A stretch of DNA of 64,000 nt from contig CANQLH010000005.1 of the NCBI GenBank assembly GCA_947624655.1, positions 9,232-73,231 of the forward strand. Direction: 5' to 3'. Positions within the stretch are counted from its first letter, which is position 1. Every line of letters begins with the position of its first letter. Position numbers and translations under genes: made by a program. The DNA comes from an uncultured Clostridia bacterium. GTDB lineage: Bacteria > Bacillota > Clostridia > TANB77 > CAG-508. A model generated the notes under the pieces. The model was not told the DNA's origin, ran no database searches, and saw nothing but the letters and a program-made list of their open reading frames with translations. Positions 21,511-32,086 of the stretch are shown piece after piece.

Positions 21511-22193
21511 CTACACGCAAAACATATGACTTCCAAGTCTTAAAGTTATTTTCCTAGACCATATCCACGAACTTGTTGCTGTATTTGGATTAAAATAATA
21601 TAGTGCCCCATTTGATGGATCCCATCCGATTTAGTGCATCTTGTGCAGCACTAATTGCAGTTTTATTTGGCGAAAGATTTATTTGCCCATCACTAACTAC
21701 ATCAAAAGCACCTCTTTGATATATTACACCTGAAACAGAATTTGGAAAATTAGGACTATCTACTCTATTTAGTACAACAGCCGCAACAGCAACTTGGCCT
21801 ATATATTCTTCTCCTCTTGCTTCTCCATAAACTAACCTACTAAGTAAATTCAAATCAGAAGAATTAGTAGAAGTATTTTTTGAGCTAGAACCTCCTGATG
21901 ATTGTATTCCCATAGCTGCAAGAGTCTTTTCTCCTGCTATTCCGGTCAACATTTAATCCATTTGATTTTTGAAATGACTTAACCGCACTTTGTGTCTTGC
22001 TCCCATATACTCCATCAACACTTCCGTTATAATAGCCCCAATCTTTAAGTTTCTTCTGTATCTGTTTTACCTCTTCTCCAGATGAACCATATTTAGACAA
22101 TGTTTCAATACTTAAATTTGCAACATTAATATAGTAAATGTACGCAAACAATAATAAAAATATGGAAATTATAAATATAACACTTTTCTTCAA
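21511..22193 (-). CDS. sleB: Spore-cortex-lytic enzyme SleB-like (PG_binding_1 plus cell-wall hydrolase domain), interrupted by two CGG +1 sites
   Basis: ORFs 21885..22193 and 21590..21952. Skipping the C of the CGG at 21942-21944 gives GLNVDGIAGEKTLAAMGI. Skipping the C of the CGG at 21626-21628 gives DALNGWDPSNGALYYFNPNTATSSWIW..., with a stop at 21511-21513. Confidence 0.8.
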
Positions 22194-22267
22194 ATTACTC
22201 TCTCCTTATCAATTCTAGTTTTATATTCACATTATTTCCATATTTTTATTAAATTATTCTATTATTA

Positions 22268-23931
22268 CTAAAATATTCCTACAATATTTCCATTTTCATC
22301 AACGTCAATTCCTTCTGCTGCTGGAACTTTAGGAAGTCCTGGCATTGTCATTATCTTTCCTGTAATTACAACTATAAAACCTGCACCTGCTTTTAATATT
22401 ACTTCTTGTGCGTGAATGTTGAACTTTTCTTTACATTCAAGATTTTTTGGGTCATCTGAGAATGAATATTGTGTTTTTGCAATACAAACAGGTAAATTGC
22501 TATAACCGAAGTCTCTTAATTTCTTTTATGCTTTCCTTTGCTTCTTCTGAAAATTCAACATCCTCTGCTCCATATATTTTTCTTGCAACTTTTCTTATCT
22601 TCTCTTCTACGTCTTCATCAAGCTCATAAGTAAAGTCAAGTTTTGAAGGTGTTTCACAAAGTGCTACAACTTTTTCAGCTAAATCTTTTGCTCCTTCTCC
22701 ACCTTTAGCCCAAGCTTCTACTAGGCTCATATTTATGCCATGTTCTTTTAGTTTGTTTTGTAAGAAATCTATTTCTTTTTCTGTATCTGTCAAGAATCTG
22801 TTAATTGCAACAATTACATTTAGTCCAAATTTATTCTTTAAATTATCAATATGTCTTAGTAAATTATGCATTCCTTTTTCTAATGCTTCCATATTCTCTT
22901 CTTGTACTGTTTCTTTTGATGCTCCTCCATGATATTTTAAAGCTCTCATTGTTGCAACACAAACTACTGCATCAGGCTTTAAGTTAATTTCTCTACATTT
23001 AATATCTAAGAATTTCTCTGCTCCAAGGTCTGCTCCGAATCCTGCCTCTGTTATACAATAATCTCCAAGTTTTAAACCAAGTTTAGTAGCTCTTATGCTA
23101 TTGCATCCATGTGCAATATTTGCAAATGGGCCACCATGTACTATTGCAGGTGTATTTTCTAGAGTTTGTACTAAGTTAGGGTTAATTGCATCTTTTAATA
23201 GAACTGTTAAGCTTCCTTCTGCCTTTAAGTCATGTGCTGTTATTGGCTTACCTTCTTTATTATATCCAACGATTATTCTTGCAATTCTTTTCTTTAAATC
23301 CTCTAAATCTTTTGATAAGCAAAGAATAGCCATTATTTCAGATGCAACTGTTATGTCAAAGCCATCATCTCTTTCAACCATTCCTTTTTCGTGTGACAAT
23401 CCACATCTTATCTTTCTTAATTGTCTATCATTTAAGTCAACACATCTTTTCCATACTACTCTTTCAAATCCTAATTCATTTCCAAAATATATATGATTAT
23501 CTATCATTGCAGAAAGTAAATTATTTGCTACTGTTATTGCATGTATATCTCCTGTAAAATGCAAGTTAATATCTTCCATTGGTGCAATTTGTACGTGTCC
23601 TCCCCCTGTTGCCCCTCCTTTTATTCCAAATACAGGTCCGTAGTGAAGGCTCTCTAAGTGCTAATATTGATTTTTTTCCAATTCTTCTTAAACCATCTGC
23701 AAGTCCTATTGACATTGTTGTTTTACCTTCTCCAAGTGGTGTAGGATTTATTGCAGTTACGAGTATTAGTTTACCATTCTTTTTATCTTGGTTCTTTTTA
23801 AAAGCTTCTTCTGTAATTTTTGCTTTATACTTTCCATAGCTTTCAATCTCATCTTCGCTTAAGTTTAATTCTTTTGCAATATCTCTTATGTCCTTTAATT
23901 TTGCATTTCTTGCGATTTCAATATCACCCAT
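22268..23931 (-). CDS. fhs: Formate-tetrahydrofolate ligase, interrupted by two CGG +1 sites
   Basis: ORFs 23566..23931 and 22500..23579, plus an unlisted C-terminal segment. Skipping the C of the CGG at 23638-23640 gives [35 protein letters not shown]. Skipping the C of the CGG at 22506-22508 gives [22 protein letters not shown]...[28 protein letters not shown]. Confidence 0.9.
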
Positions 23932-23955
23932 TTTTTACCTCCAATTTGCCGAATA

Positions 23956-24041
23956 AAGAACAAAGCGCCTCGGCGTCCTTTGTTCTTGCCGATTTGAGTT
24001 TGCGACTGTAAGGAGCAAATCTCAAAGGCAACGCTAAAGCC
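23956..24041. repeat. Structured intergenic repeat, family 2 (copy in the fhs leader)
   Basis: An ~85-nt two-hairpin element, CAAAGCGCCTCGGCGTCCTTTGTTC...GATTTGAGTTTGCGA...GCAAATCTCAAAGGCAACGCTAAAGCC, is shared with 37597-37686. Confidence 0.6.
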
Positions 24042-24082
24042 ATTTTCTCTAATAAAAATTTCGGAGAAATTTCTTATTAGAG

Positions 24083-24183
24083 GAAAAAAGACAATTCTGT
24101 ATATCTAAAGAATTGCCCAGGCAGTCGGCTTTATTTTAAGTAAATTGCCCTCATGTTAATTCATGTATCCGCCAGCAATTTAC
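24083..24183 (-). promoter_or_regulatory. ZTP (pfl-motif) riboswitch with intrinsic terminator, in the fhs leader
   Basis: The minus-strand RNA reads GUAAAUUG-CUGGCGGAUA-CAUGAAUUAACAUG-AGGG-CAAUUUAC, a linker, then GCCGACUGCCUGGGCAAUUC. This matches the conserved UGGCG...GGG core and the CCGCCUGGGCA-like pseudoknot strand. It is followed by the hairpin CAAUUCU...AGAAUUG and then UCUUUUUU. Confidence 0.7.
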
Positions 24184-24229
24184 TTTTCATAAAAATTTTA
24201 TCACAATAATACCTTTCCTGTCAAGTGTA

Positions 24230-24670
24230 TTAAACTAGTATACCTACAATAACGCCAATTAATGCTCCAACAAATACTTGAGTTGGAGTGTGTCCTAAGA
24301 CTTCTACAAGTTTTTCTTGAACTTGAGGAATAGAAAGTCCTGGAGTATTAACTATCTTATTAAGTAAAGCTGCTTGTTTTCCTGCTGCTCTTCTTACTCC
24401 TGCTGCATCATACATAACAACAATTGCAAATATTAATGATAATGCAAAAATAGATGAGTTAAATCCCCATTCTTTGCCTATCATAACAGCAAGACACATT
24501 ACAACCGCTGAATGTGAACTTGGCATTCCTCCTGCTCCTAATATTCTTTTAAAATTAAACTTTTTTGTTTCTACTAAATCCCATATAACTTTAAAAGTTT
24601 GTATACATAACCACACTAAAAGCGGTATATAAACATATCTATTTGTAAAAAAATCTACTATATCGTTCAT
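24230..24670 (-). CDS. Divergent PAP2 / DUF212 (YuiD-like) membrane protein
   Basis: A 146-aa multi-TM ORF containing GGMPSSHSAVV and MYDAAGVRR, which are typical of the family. Confidence 0.7.
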   Translation of the reverse strand: MNDIVDFFTNRYVYIPLLVWLCIQTFKVIWDLVETKKFNFKRILGAGGMPSSHSAVVMCLAVMIGKEWGFNSSIFALSLIFAIVVMYDAAGVRRAAGKQAALLNKIVNTPGLSIPQVQEKLVEVLGHTPTQVFVGALIGVIVGILV

Positions 24671-24708
24671 TTTTCCCTCTTATTTACCCATTTATTTAAA
24701 ACTGAAAA

Positions 24709-24940
24709 TTAATTTTCTTGTTCAAGAACAAAGTTTTCTTCTTTAAGCTCTTCTCCGTCGTTTATTAATATGTTTATCTTTTTTTCTGCTTCATTTAGCA
24801 TTTTTGTACACATTTTAGATAGTTTCATTCCTTCTTCGAATTTACTTACACTTTCATCTAATCCAAGTGTTCCGACTTTCTAGTTCTTTTGCTATTTCTT
24901 CTAATCCTTTTATGGCATCTTCAAATTTTAAATCTTCCAT
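24709..24940 (-). CDS. xseB: Exodeoxyribonuclease VII small subunit, interrupted by one CGG +1 site
   Basis: Not in the ORF track. Translation runs MEDLKFEDAIKGLEEIAKELES, then CGG at 24871-24873. Skipping the C gives GTLGLDESVSKFEEGMKLSKMCTKMLNEAEKKINILINDGEELKEENFVLEQEN. Confidence 0.8.
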
Positions 24941-24993
24941 TTGTTTTTTCAATCCTTTCTTGCATTTGGTAATAATAACACAAGATACTTTTT

Positions 24994-26182
24994 TCAGACA
25001 ATCTCAGCGTTTCTTTCTCCATCTGAAAATCTTATATTAATTTTGTCGCCAGTATTCAATTCTTCTGCCTTTTTTATAACTTTGTTATCTTTTGAAGCTA
25101 TACTATATCCTCTTGCTAACGTTTTTAATGGACTTAGTGCATCTAGCTTTGTAATACTACTTGTAAAATCTTTTTTACATAATGTTATTTTTTTATTTAT
25201 ATCATTGCATATATTTTTTACTAGCATATCTACTGTAATATATTTTTCATTAATTCCTTGCATTGGTTCTTTGTATGCTCTGGATTGCATACATTTTTCG
25301 AATCTCAATTTCATAAAGTCAACATTCTTTTTTAATGCAATTCTATATCTATTTTGATAATTTCTTAGCATTTCTTCTATTTTGCTAATCTCAGGTACCG
25401 CAAGTTCAGCAGCCGCTGATGGTGTAGGTGCTCTTAAGTCTGCTACAAAATCTGCTATTGTAAAATCTGTTTCGTGTCCTACCGCCGAAATAACAGGTAA
25501 CTTTGATGCAAAAATTGCCCTTGCAACCACTTCTTCATTAAACGGCCACAAATCTTCAAGTGAGCCTCCTCCTCTTGCAACAATTATTACATCTGCTAAG
25601 TTCTTCTCATTCATTATTCTAATTGCATCAGCAATTTTTTCTCCTGCACCTTCTCCCTGTACTGGAACTGGAAGAAGTCTAATATATACATTTGGGTTTC
25701 TCCTTGTACTTACATTTATTATGTCTCTTATTACAGCTCCTGTTTTAGACGTAAGTACCCCTATTCTTTTAGGCATAAATGGAATTTTCTTTTTATATCT
25801 TTGGTCAAATAGACCTTCTTTTTCTAATTTTTGTTTAAGCTCATTGTATGCTGTATAAAGGTCTCCTATTCCATCTTCTTTCATAGCTTTGCAATATACT
25901 TGGTATACCCCATCTCTTTCAAAAACAGATACTGTTCCGAATACAACAACCTTCATTCCGGTCTTTAGGCATAAACTTAAGTCTTGCAGCATATGCTTTA
26001 AACATAATACATTTTATTAATGAATTTTCATCTTTTAATGTAAAGTATAGATGACCTGTATAATGATTTTTAAAATTTGATATTTCGCCTTTTATGTATA
26101 CATTTTGTAGGAATTCATCTTGTGCAACTTTTTCTTTTATATATTTATTTAACTCAGTAATCGTTATTGGAGTTATTTCCAT
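24994..26182 (-). CDS. xseA: Exodeoxyribonuclease VII large subunit, interrupted by one CGG +1 site
   Basis: ORFs 25919..26182 and 24994..25992. Skipping the C of the CGG at 25958-25960 gives FMPKDGMKVVVFGTVSVFERDGVYQ. Confidence 0.85.
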
Positions 26183-26234
26183 TTATTTCTCCGTTCTGCC
26201 TTTAGCTATAGGCATATAACAGTATAATTTTAGC

Positions 26235-26648
26235 TTAATTATTAAGCTTTTCTTCTTTTACAATACTTGCAAGAATACCATTTATAAAAGAACTTGCTTG
26301 TTCGTCTGAATATTGTTTTGCAATTTCAACTACTTCATTTATCGCAATTTTATATGGTAGGCCTTTATAAAGCATTTCATAAATTGCAATTTTTAGCAAG
26401 CTTATATTTATTTTAGAAACTCTGTCAATTGTCCAATTTTCTTTTAAATTTTTTATTATTAAATTGTTTATTTTTTCTTCATTCTTAGAAACACCAAAAA
26501 GAATATCCTTAAGATATTCTTTTACTTCGGTTTCTTCAATTTCATTAGACTCACAAAATATTTCTAAAATATCATCATCAACTATTTTTTGTACTTCTTT
26601 CATATATATTAGCTTAAATGCTAGTTCTCTTGATTTAGTTCTGTTCAT
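26235..26648 (-). CDS. nusB: Transcription antitermination factor NusB
   Basis: A 137-aa ORF beginning RTKSRELAFKLIY, with a typical NusB fold sequence. It sits in the conserved asp23...nusB neighbourhood. Confidence 0.85.
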   Translation of the reverse strand: MNRTKSRELAFKLIYMKEVQKIVDDDILEIFCESNEIEETEVKEYLKDILFGVSKNEEKINNLIIKNLKENWTIDRVSKINISLLKIAIYEMLYKGLPYKIAINEVVEIAKQYSDEQASSFINGILASIVKEEKLNN

Positions 26649-26673
26649 ATAATTTGTCCTTTACCTTATATCA

Positions 26674-26877
26674 TTAAATTCTATTAATGAAGTCTAATAA
26701 TTTTTGTTTAACTTCATATTTATTCTGTTGTACATAATTGCCTAAAAATACTCCTACGCTTAGGACAAGTATTCCTAATACTAATCTTAAAAGACCTGTG
26801 CAAATCACAATTAGAGCTATTATTCCTCCGATTATTGCTCCTCTGTATTCATAGCAAAAGCTTTTTAAATCTTTCAT
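26674..26877 (-). CDS. Small integral membrane protein (DUF2273-like)
   Basis: A 67-aa ORF with two TM helices, sitting between amaP-like and nusB as in other Firmicutes. Confidence 0.5.
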   Translation of the reverse strand: MKDLKSFCYEYRGAIIGGIIALIVICTGLLRLVLGILVLSVGVFLGNYVQQNKYEVKQKLLDFINRI

Positions 26878-26892
26878 ATACTATTACTTCCT

Positions 26893-27453
26893 TTAAACTT
26901 CTTTATTTTCTTCAGAAGCTGTAATATTTTTTATTTTTATATCTATTGATTTTACATCTAAATCTGTTACTTTTTTTACAACTTCTTTTATCCTTGATTG
27001 TAAATTCATAGAAAGTTCATTTATTACTGTGTTTGGTAATACCATTAATGTAACAAAAACACGTATGGCATTTTGGCTGTCAATTATGACTTTTGTTGTA
27101 ACACTTTGAGTATTCTCAAATCCATTTGCAACTCCATTAACAAGATTTTCAATTGTTTCTTTTGATATTAGCAATTTTCCTGATTCATTTTGAAGTAAAA
27201 TTCCCTCTCCATTTATTTTATCATTTGAAGTTGTAGTTCCTCCAAAAAATATTGCCTTTACTGCAAGTAATATACATACTATTGAAGCAAAAAGTGCAAT
27301 GTTACTTGCTAATTCATTTGTTGTAAGCTGACCATATAGTGCAACTATTGTAGTAAAATTAACCCATCCAAACATTAGCAATACCATAACTAATGAAATT
27401 ATTAATATAATCATTGAAAATAAAATTAACGTTATTTTATCTAATATTTTCAT
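26893..27453 (-). CDS. Alkaline-shock membrane anchor protein AmaP-like
   Basis: A 186-aa ORF with an N-terminal TM pair, immediately downstream of the asp23-like gene. Confidence 0.5.
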   Translation of the reverse strand: MKILDKITLILFSMIILIISLVMVLLMFGWVNFTTIVALYGQLTTNELASNIALFASIVCILLAVKAIFFGGTTTSNDKINGEGILLQNESGKLLISKETIENLVNGVANGFENTQSVTTKVIIDSQNAIRVFVTLMVLPNTVINELSMNLQSRIKEVVKKVTDLDVKSIDIKIKNITASEENKEV

Positions 27454-27478
27454 ACCTATATCATTTCCTTTTTTTATT

Positions 27479-27883
27479 TTATTCTTCCTTGCCTTCTGTA
27501 TCTATTGGAGTTCTAACTCCTTGTACATGTACATTTACTTCTAATACTTCTAATCCTGTCATTTCTTTTACTGCTTTTCTTACTCTGTTTTGTATTTCGA
27601 AAGCAACATCTGGTATTCTAGAGCCATATTCTACTATAATGTTTACATCTATTTTTGTTTCTTTTTCTCCTACCTCTACTTTAATACCTTTTGATAATTT
27701 TTTCTTTCCGCTTAATACTTCTGAAATTCCTCCTGCAAATCCTCCTGCTGTATCTACAACTCCTGGTACTTCTGAAACTGCAACTCCAGCAATTACTGAA
27801 ACTACATCTTCTGATATAACTATACTGCTATCTGGTGTAACATTAATCTCCTCTACTTTTTCATTTTTTTCTTCATTTTCCAT
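27479..27883 (-). CDS. Asp23/Gls24-family envelope stress protein
   Basis: A 134-aa ORF. VISEDVVSVIAGVAVSEVPGV and ...VNVHVQGV are typical Asp23 features. Confidence 0.8.
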   Translation of the reverse strand: MENEEKNEKVEEINVTPDSSIVISEDVVSVIAGVAVSEVPGVVDTAGGFAGGISEVLSGKKKLSKGIKVEVGEKETKIDVNIIVEYGSRIPDVAFEIQNRVRKAVKEMTGLEVLEVNVHVQGVRTPIDTEGKEE

Positions 27884-28101
27884 ATTATTATACCTACCCT
27901 TTCTCTAGGTTATATTCCCAGTTTGAAAATTAATTTACATATAGTATATCAATTAAAATCAATTTTTACAAGACTATTTTTAGTTTTTGTATAAAAAATT
28001 GGTTACAAGATAATGGTTAATTATAAAAGCTGTTTTAAAGCCGTTAGGAAGTAATATATTTAATTTACGAAGTGACGCGTAGTATGGGAGCGACTTAGAG
28101 A

Positions 28102-28683
28102 TTATATTATCATTTTTAAATACATTTTTTCAAATTCTTTCAAAAATTCATTTAATATTTCAAATTTATCAAAGTCTTTTCTAAATTCTTTTTTTAAGGA
28201 AGTAGCAATATCTTTTATCTCATCTACGAATTCTTCTTGATTTATGTTTAGACCAATTCCAATAACAATTTGTTTTACAATTTCTTTATTTATTAATGTT
28301 TCAGTAAGAATTCCACCAATCTTTTTACCATTTAATATGACATCATTAGGATACTTTATGTCTAGTTTATATCCATACATTTTATCTATTACATGAACTA
28401 TTATCTTTGCAACTTCAATGCTTAAATCTTCTATATTTTTTACATTGCAATTCGGTTTTAATAACATAGAAAATGTTAAATTATCATTTTTCTTTGTATA
28501 CCATATTCTGCCATTTGTACCACAGCCTTCTGTTTGATTATTTGCTAGCACTACTAATCCTTCATCTGCTCCATGTTTTGCTTTTTCCTTTATGTACTTT
28601 TGGGTTGAATCTACTTCTTCTAATATAATTAAATTTTTACCTATAAACTTTGTATCAATTTTTTCCAATATTTTTCTCCTCAC
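28102..28683 (-). CDS. Biotin-protein ligase-like protein (catalytic domain only)
   Basis: A 193-aa ORF with a VDSTQ...NQTEGCGTNGRIWYT...GIGLN pattern (BPL_LplA_LipB). It is shorter than canonical BirA. Confidence 0.6.
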   Translation of the reverse strand: MRRKILEKIDTKFIGKNLIILEEVDSTQKYIKEKAKHGADEGLVVLANNQTEGCGTNGRIWYTKKNDNLTFSMLLKPNCNVKNIEDLSIEVAKIIVHVIDKMYGYKLDIKYPNDVILNGKKIGGILTETLINKEIVKQIVIGIGLNINQEEFVDEIKDIATSLKKEFRKDFDKFEILNEFLKEFEKMYLKMII

Positions 28684-28900
28684 ATTATATGATTTTCAAA
28701 TTCATTCCAAGGCTACTTTTTTATTTTATCTAACATCTTTGCATTTTTCAATAGTTTCTAGTAATTTAACTTTTTTCTAAATTAGTGGTAATGGGAAATG
28801 ATTTAGTTTGCACTATAATTGGATGAACTTTTAAATTTTCTCACATATACAATATTTTTTTCATATATTATTTTAGAAATGTAAATTTATGGAGGTTCGT

Positions 28901-29720
28901 ATGGAAACTTTAAAGCGTGGCTCTATTCGGGCCAACTGTCATGCTTTTACAAAGTACTTTGAAAAAAATTGGTTTTTATTCAGGAAGTATTGATGGTATT
29001 TTTGGTAATTTAACTTATAATGCTGTAATAAATTTCCAAAAAAATTTTGGTTTAGCCCAAGATGGTATTGTTGGTTCTAATACTTGGAATGCCCTATATC
29101 CATATATTTATGGATATACTTCGTATGTCATTAGACCAAACGATACTTTATATAGTATAGCTATGAATTTTTCGACCACTGTTAATAGAATTCTAGTTGC
29201 AAATCCACGGACTTGAGCCTAATAATCTAAATATCGGCTCTAGCATAATTGTTCCTTTTAGCTATATTGTTCCAACAGATTTAAGTTACACTTATGATAT
29301 TATGCAGATGAACATTGCAAGCTTTTCTACTGTCTACCCTTTTATTCAAATTGGTTCTATCGGAAATTCTGTACTGGGGAAAAATATTCCTTACCTACGT
29401 ATTGGAACAGGACCTAAAGAGGTATTTTATAGTCGGAGCCATACACGCAAATGAGTGGATAACAAGTCCTGTACTTATGAAATTTATTGAGAATCTAGCA
29501 ATAGCATATGTAAATGACACCTATATTTATGGCTATCGTGCCAAAAATTTGCTTAATTCAACTTCAATATACATAGTTCCTATGGTTAATCCTGATGGAG
29601 TTGACTTAGTTACTAATGCTATTTCAGAAGGCTCTGATGTTTACAAAAGTGCACAAAATATAGCAAATAATTATCCTGCAATAGCTTTTCCTTCACGGAT
29701 GGAAGGCAAATATAGAAGGT
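28901..29720 (+). CDS. M14 gamma-D-glutamyl-(L)-meso-diaminopimelate peptidase, 5' part (PG-binding, LysM and start of the peptidase domain). It carries four CGG +1 sites and is cut off by an inserted element
   Basis: A GGAGG RBS precedes ATG at 28901. CGG codons lie at 28928, 29208, 29434 and 29696. Skipping each C joins [35 protein letters not shown]...ANP-GLEPNNL...[16 protein letters not shown]...[12 protein letters not shown]. Confidence 0.8.
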
Positions 29721-29765
29721 GAAAGTTTAATTAACTTCCACCTTTATTTTAAAAATTAATGTAGC

Positions 29766-31436
29766 TTAAACTACATTTTCTTTATTATCCAAAATCTGCT
29801 CAATAGGAGCAAATTGATCTATATTTTCACCAATTATATTTAATGGTGCAAAATTAAATGTGATAAATACATTTTTGTCTTTATCAATTTCAATTTTATC
29901 AACAAGTCTATATAGATATGATTTATCTATTTCTTTCATTTCTAAAAATTCATTTATTAACTTATTCATTTTATCATCATTATTTTTACTTTTATCTAAT
30001 TGCTGTCCTTGTAAAGCTTGAAAATTGCCCATTAATTCAGACTTTTTTATATTTAATTCTTCTCTTTCTTTAATATATTTTTGAGATATTCTTAAAAAAT
30101 CAGACTCTGTTAATACTCCGTTTTAATTTATCTTCATATAATTCATCCATTATTCTGTTGTTTTCTATGATTTTAGTTTCTATAGTTTCTATTTGCTTTT
30201 TTACTGATGACAATAAATCTATCGTTTTATTTGCTACTTTTTTGTATGTTTCTTCAAGCATTGATTTATTGGCATAAATTTTGCAAACTTTTTTGATGAC
30301 TTCTATTATTTGTTCTTCAAATTTATAGTAATTTAAATTTCTTGTATAACAGCCTCTTTTTTTATAGCCTGTATCTACAATATATGGAATTTTAGGACGA
30401 TTGACTTTGTGATTTACCTTTAATACAATTTGCATTTGCCATCCGACAATGTTTGCAATAAATCAATCCTCGAAGTAAATAATCATATTGTTTTACAACT
30501 TTTTTTGCTCTTTCTTTATGTATTATTTGCACTTTTTCAAATACATCTTTATCAATAATTGCTTCGTGTGTATCATTTACTCTAATGTGTTTTTCTTTTT
30601 CAACTTTACGAAGTTTCTTTACTTTATAAGAAACGACAGATACTTTATTTTGAATGGTATTTCCAATATAAACTTCATTTTTTAACATATTGCATAATGT
30701 TGTTTCATTCCATTTAAAAGTTGTTCTTTCATCTTGAACAATACCTGTCTTTCTATATCCAGAGGGACTTAAAATATGATTATCATTTAAATACTTAACA
30801 ATTAATTTACTTCCAGTTCCATTTGCATAGATTTCAAAAATTTTTCTTACTATATCTACAACATTTTCATCAACAACTAATTTATTTTTGTTAACTCCAT
30901 CTTTTTTATATCCGATATGCAGGTGTGCTACATAAATATTCTCCTTGTTTTTGTTTTTCGTTAAAAACACTTCTTATCTTTTTAGATATGTCTTTTGCAT
31001 ACATATCATTTAATATGGCTTTGAATGGTGTAATATCATTGTTTACGGTTTCACTATATGTATCTATACCATCTAATATTGAAATATATCTAACTTTATG
31101 CTCTGGAAAATAATTTTCTATATAAAAGCCTGTTTTTATATAATCCCTACCAAGTCTTGATAAGTCTTTTGTTATTACCATATTAATTTTTTGACTTTCT
31201 ATATCTGTAACTAATCTATTAAATTCAGGTCTATCAAATGTAGTTCCAGATACTCCATCATCAACATACTCATCTATAACAGTTAAATTATTTTCTTTTA
31301 CATATCTCTCAATTATTTTTCTTTGATTTCCAATACTTTCACTTTCTTGTTTATCGCCATCTTCTCGTGATAATCTTATATACATTCCAACTCTATAATT
31401 TTTGGTTATTAGTTTAAACATTTCACTCCTTTCCAT
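29766..31436 (-). CDS. Large serine recombinase, interrupted by three CGG +1 sites
   Basis: Four ORF pieces: 30906..31436 (resolvase domain, YIRLSREDGDKQESESIGNQ), 30392..30970, 30100..30435 and 29766..30032. Skipping the C of the CGG codons at 30912, 30443 and 30118 gives ...TPAYGYKKDG..., ...CKHCGWQMQ... and ...DKLKGVLTESDFLRISQKY.... Confidence 0.85.
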
Positions 31437-32018
31437 AAAAATATTTACATTAGAATTATTGTAACGTGATAATTATATTTTGTCAGCTCTTTTTTCAATA
31501 TTTTTATTGTGAATACAACAAGGTTCCTGGGTACCCACTCACAATCTTTGATTGTGATGGTGGGTAGGTTTCTTATTTTCTTTCTTTTGAGTAAAATCGC
31601 AAAACATTTTACAAATAACTTTATCAATAGGTGGTTTTGTTTTATTAAATTTGCAGTATATTTTTATATTATCTTTTTTCAAAAGACACACCTCTTAAGC
31701 CATATATATTATTATTAAAATAAGATATTCATAATCCTTAAAATTTTATTGATAAAAATCTTAATTAAAATAATTTATAAGCATTATAATTTGGTTTCAA
31801 TATTTTTTATTAAAATGGGTACAAAAAAAGAAAAATGTGGAGAAAAAAAGATAATAATTTTTACTAAATATGCAAATCAAAATTTATGAATAAAACTTTT
31901 AATTTTTTTGTTTCGAATGTTGGATCATTTTTAATGCCCAATATTCGCCAGCTTGGTGTTTTGACACCCTTTTCGCTGTTTAGGAGAAAATCTCCTAATA
32001 CCTTTTTAAGCCCTCTGG

Positions 32019-32063
32019 GAGAAAAAATAAACTGTAATTTCTTAACTACAGTTTATTTTTCTC
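32019..32063 (-). terminator. Strong hairpin after the AAA+ gene
   Basis: GAGAAAAAATAAACTGTA (32019-32036) pairs with TACAGTTTATTTTTCTC (32047-32063). This is immediately downstream of the stop at 32087. Confidence 0.6.
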
Positions 32064-32086
32064 TGGTTATATTAATTCAAAATATA

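Noticed and set aside
31445-31690. Small Lys-rich ORFs just upstream of the serine recombinase: the 60-aa ORF 31445..31627, and an overlapping TTG-initiated ~48-aa frame with an AGAGGTG RBS. Either could be a recombination directionality factor.
   Set aside because: Two overlapping frames are equally plausible, neither has a recognisable motif, and the composition is extremely AT-biased. There is not enough evidence to call a gene.
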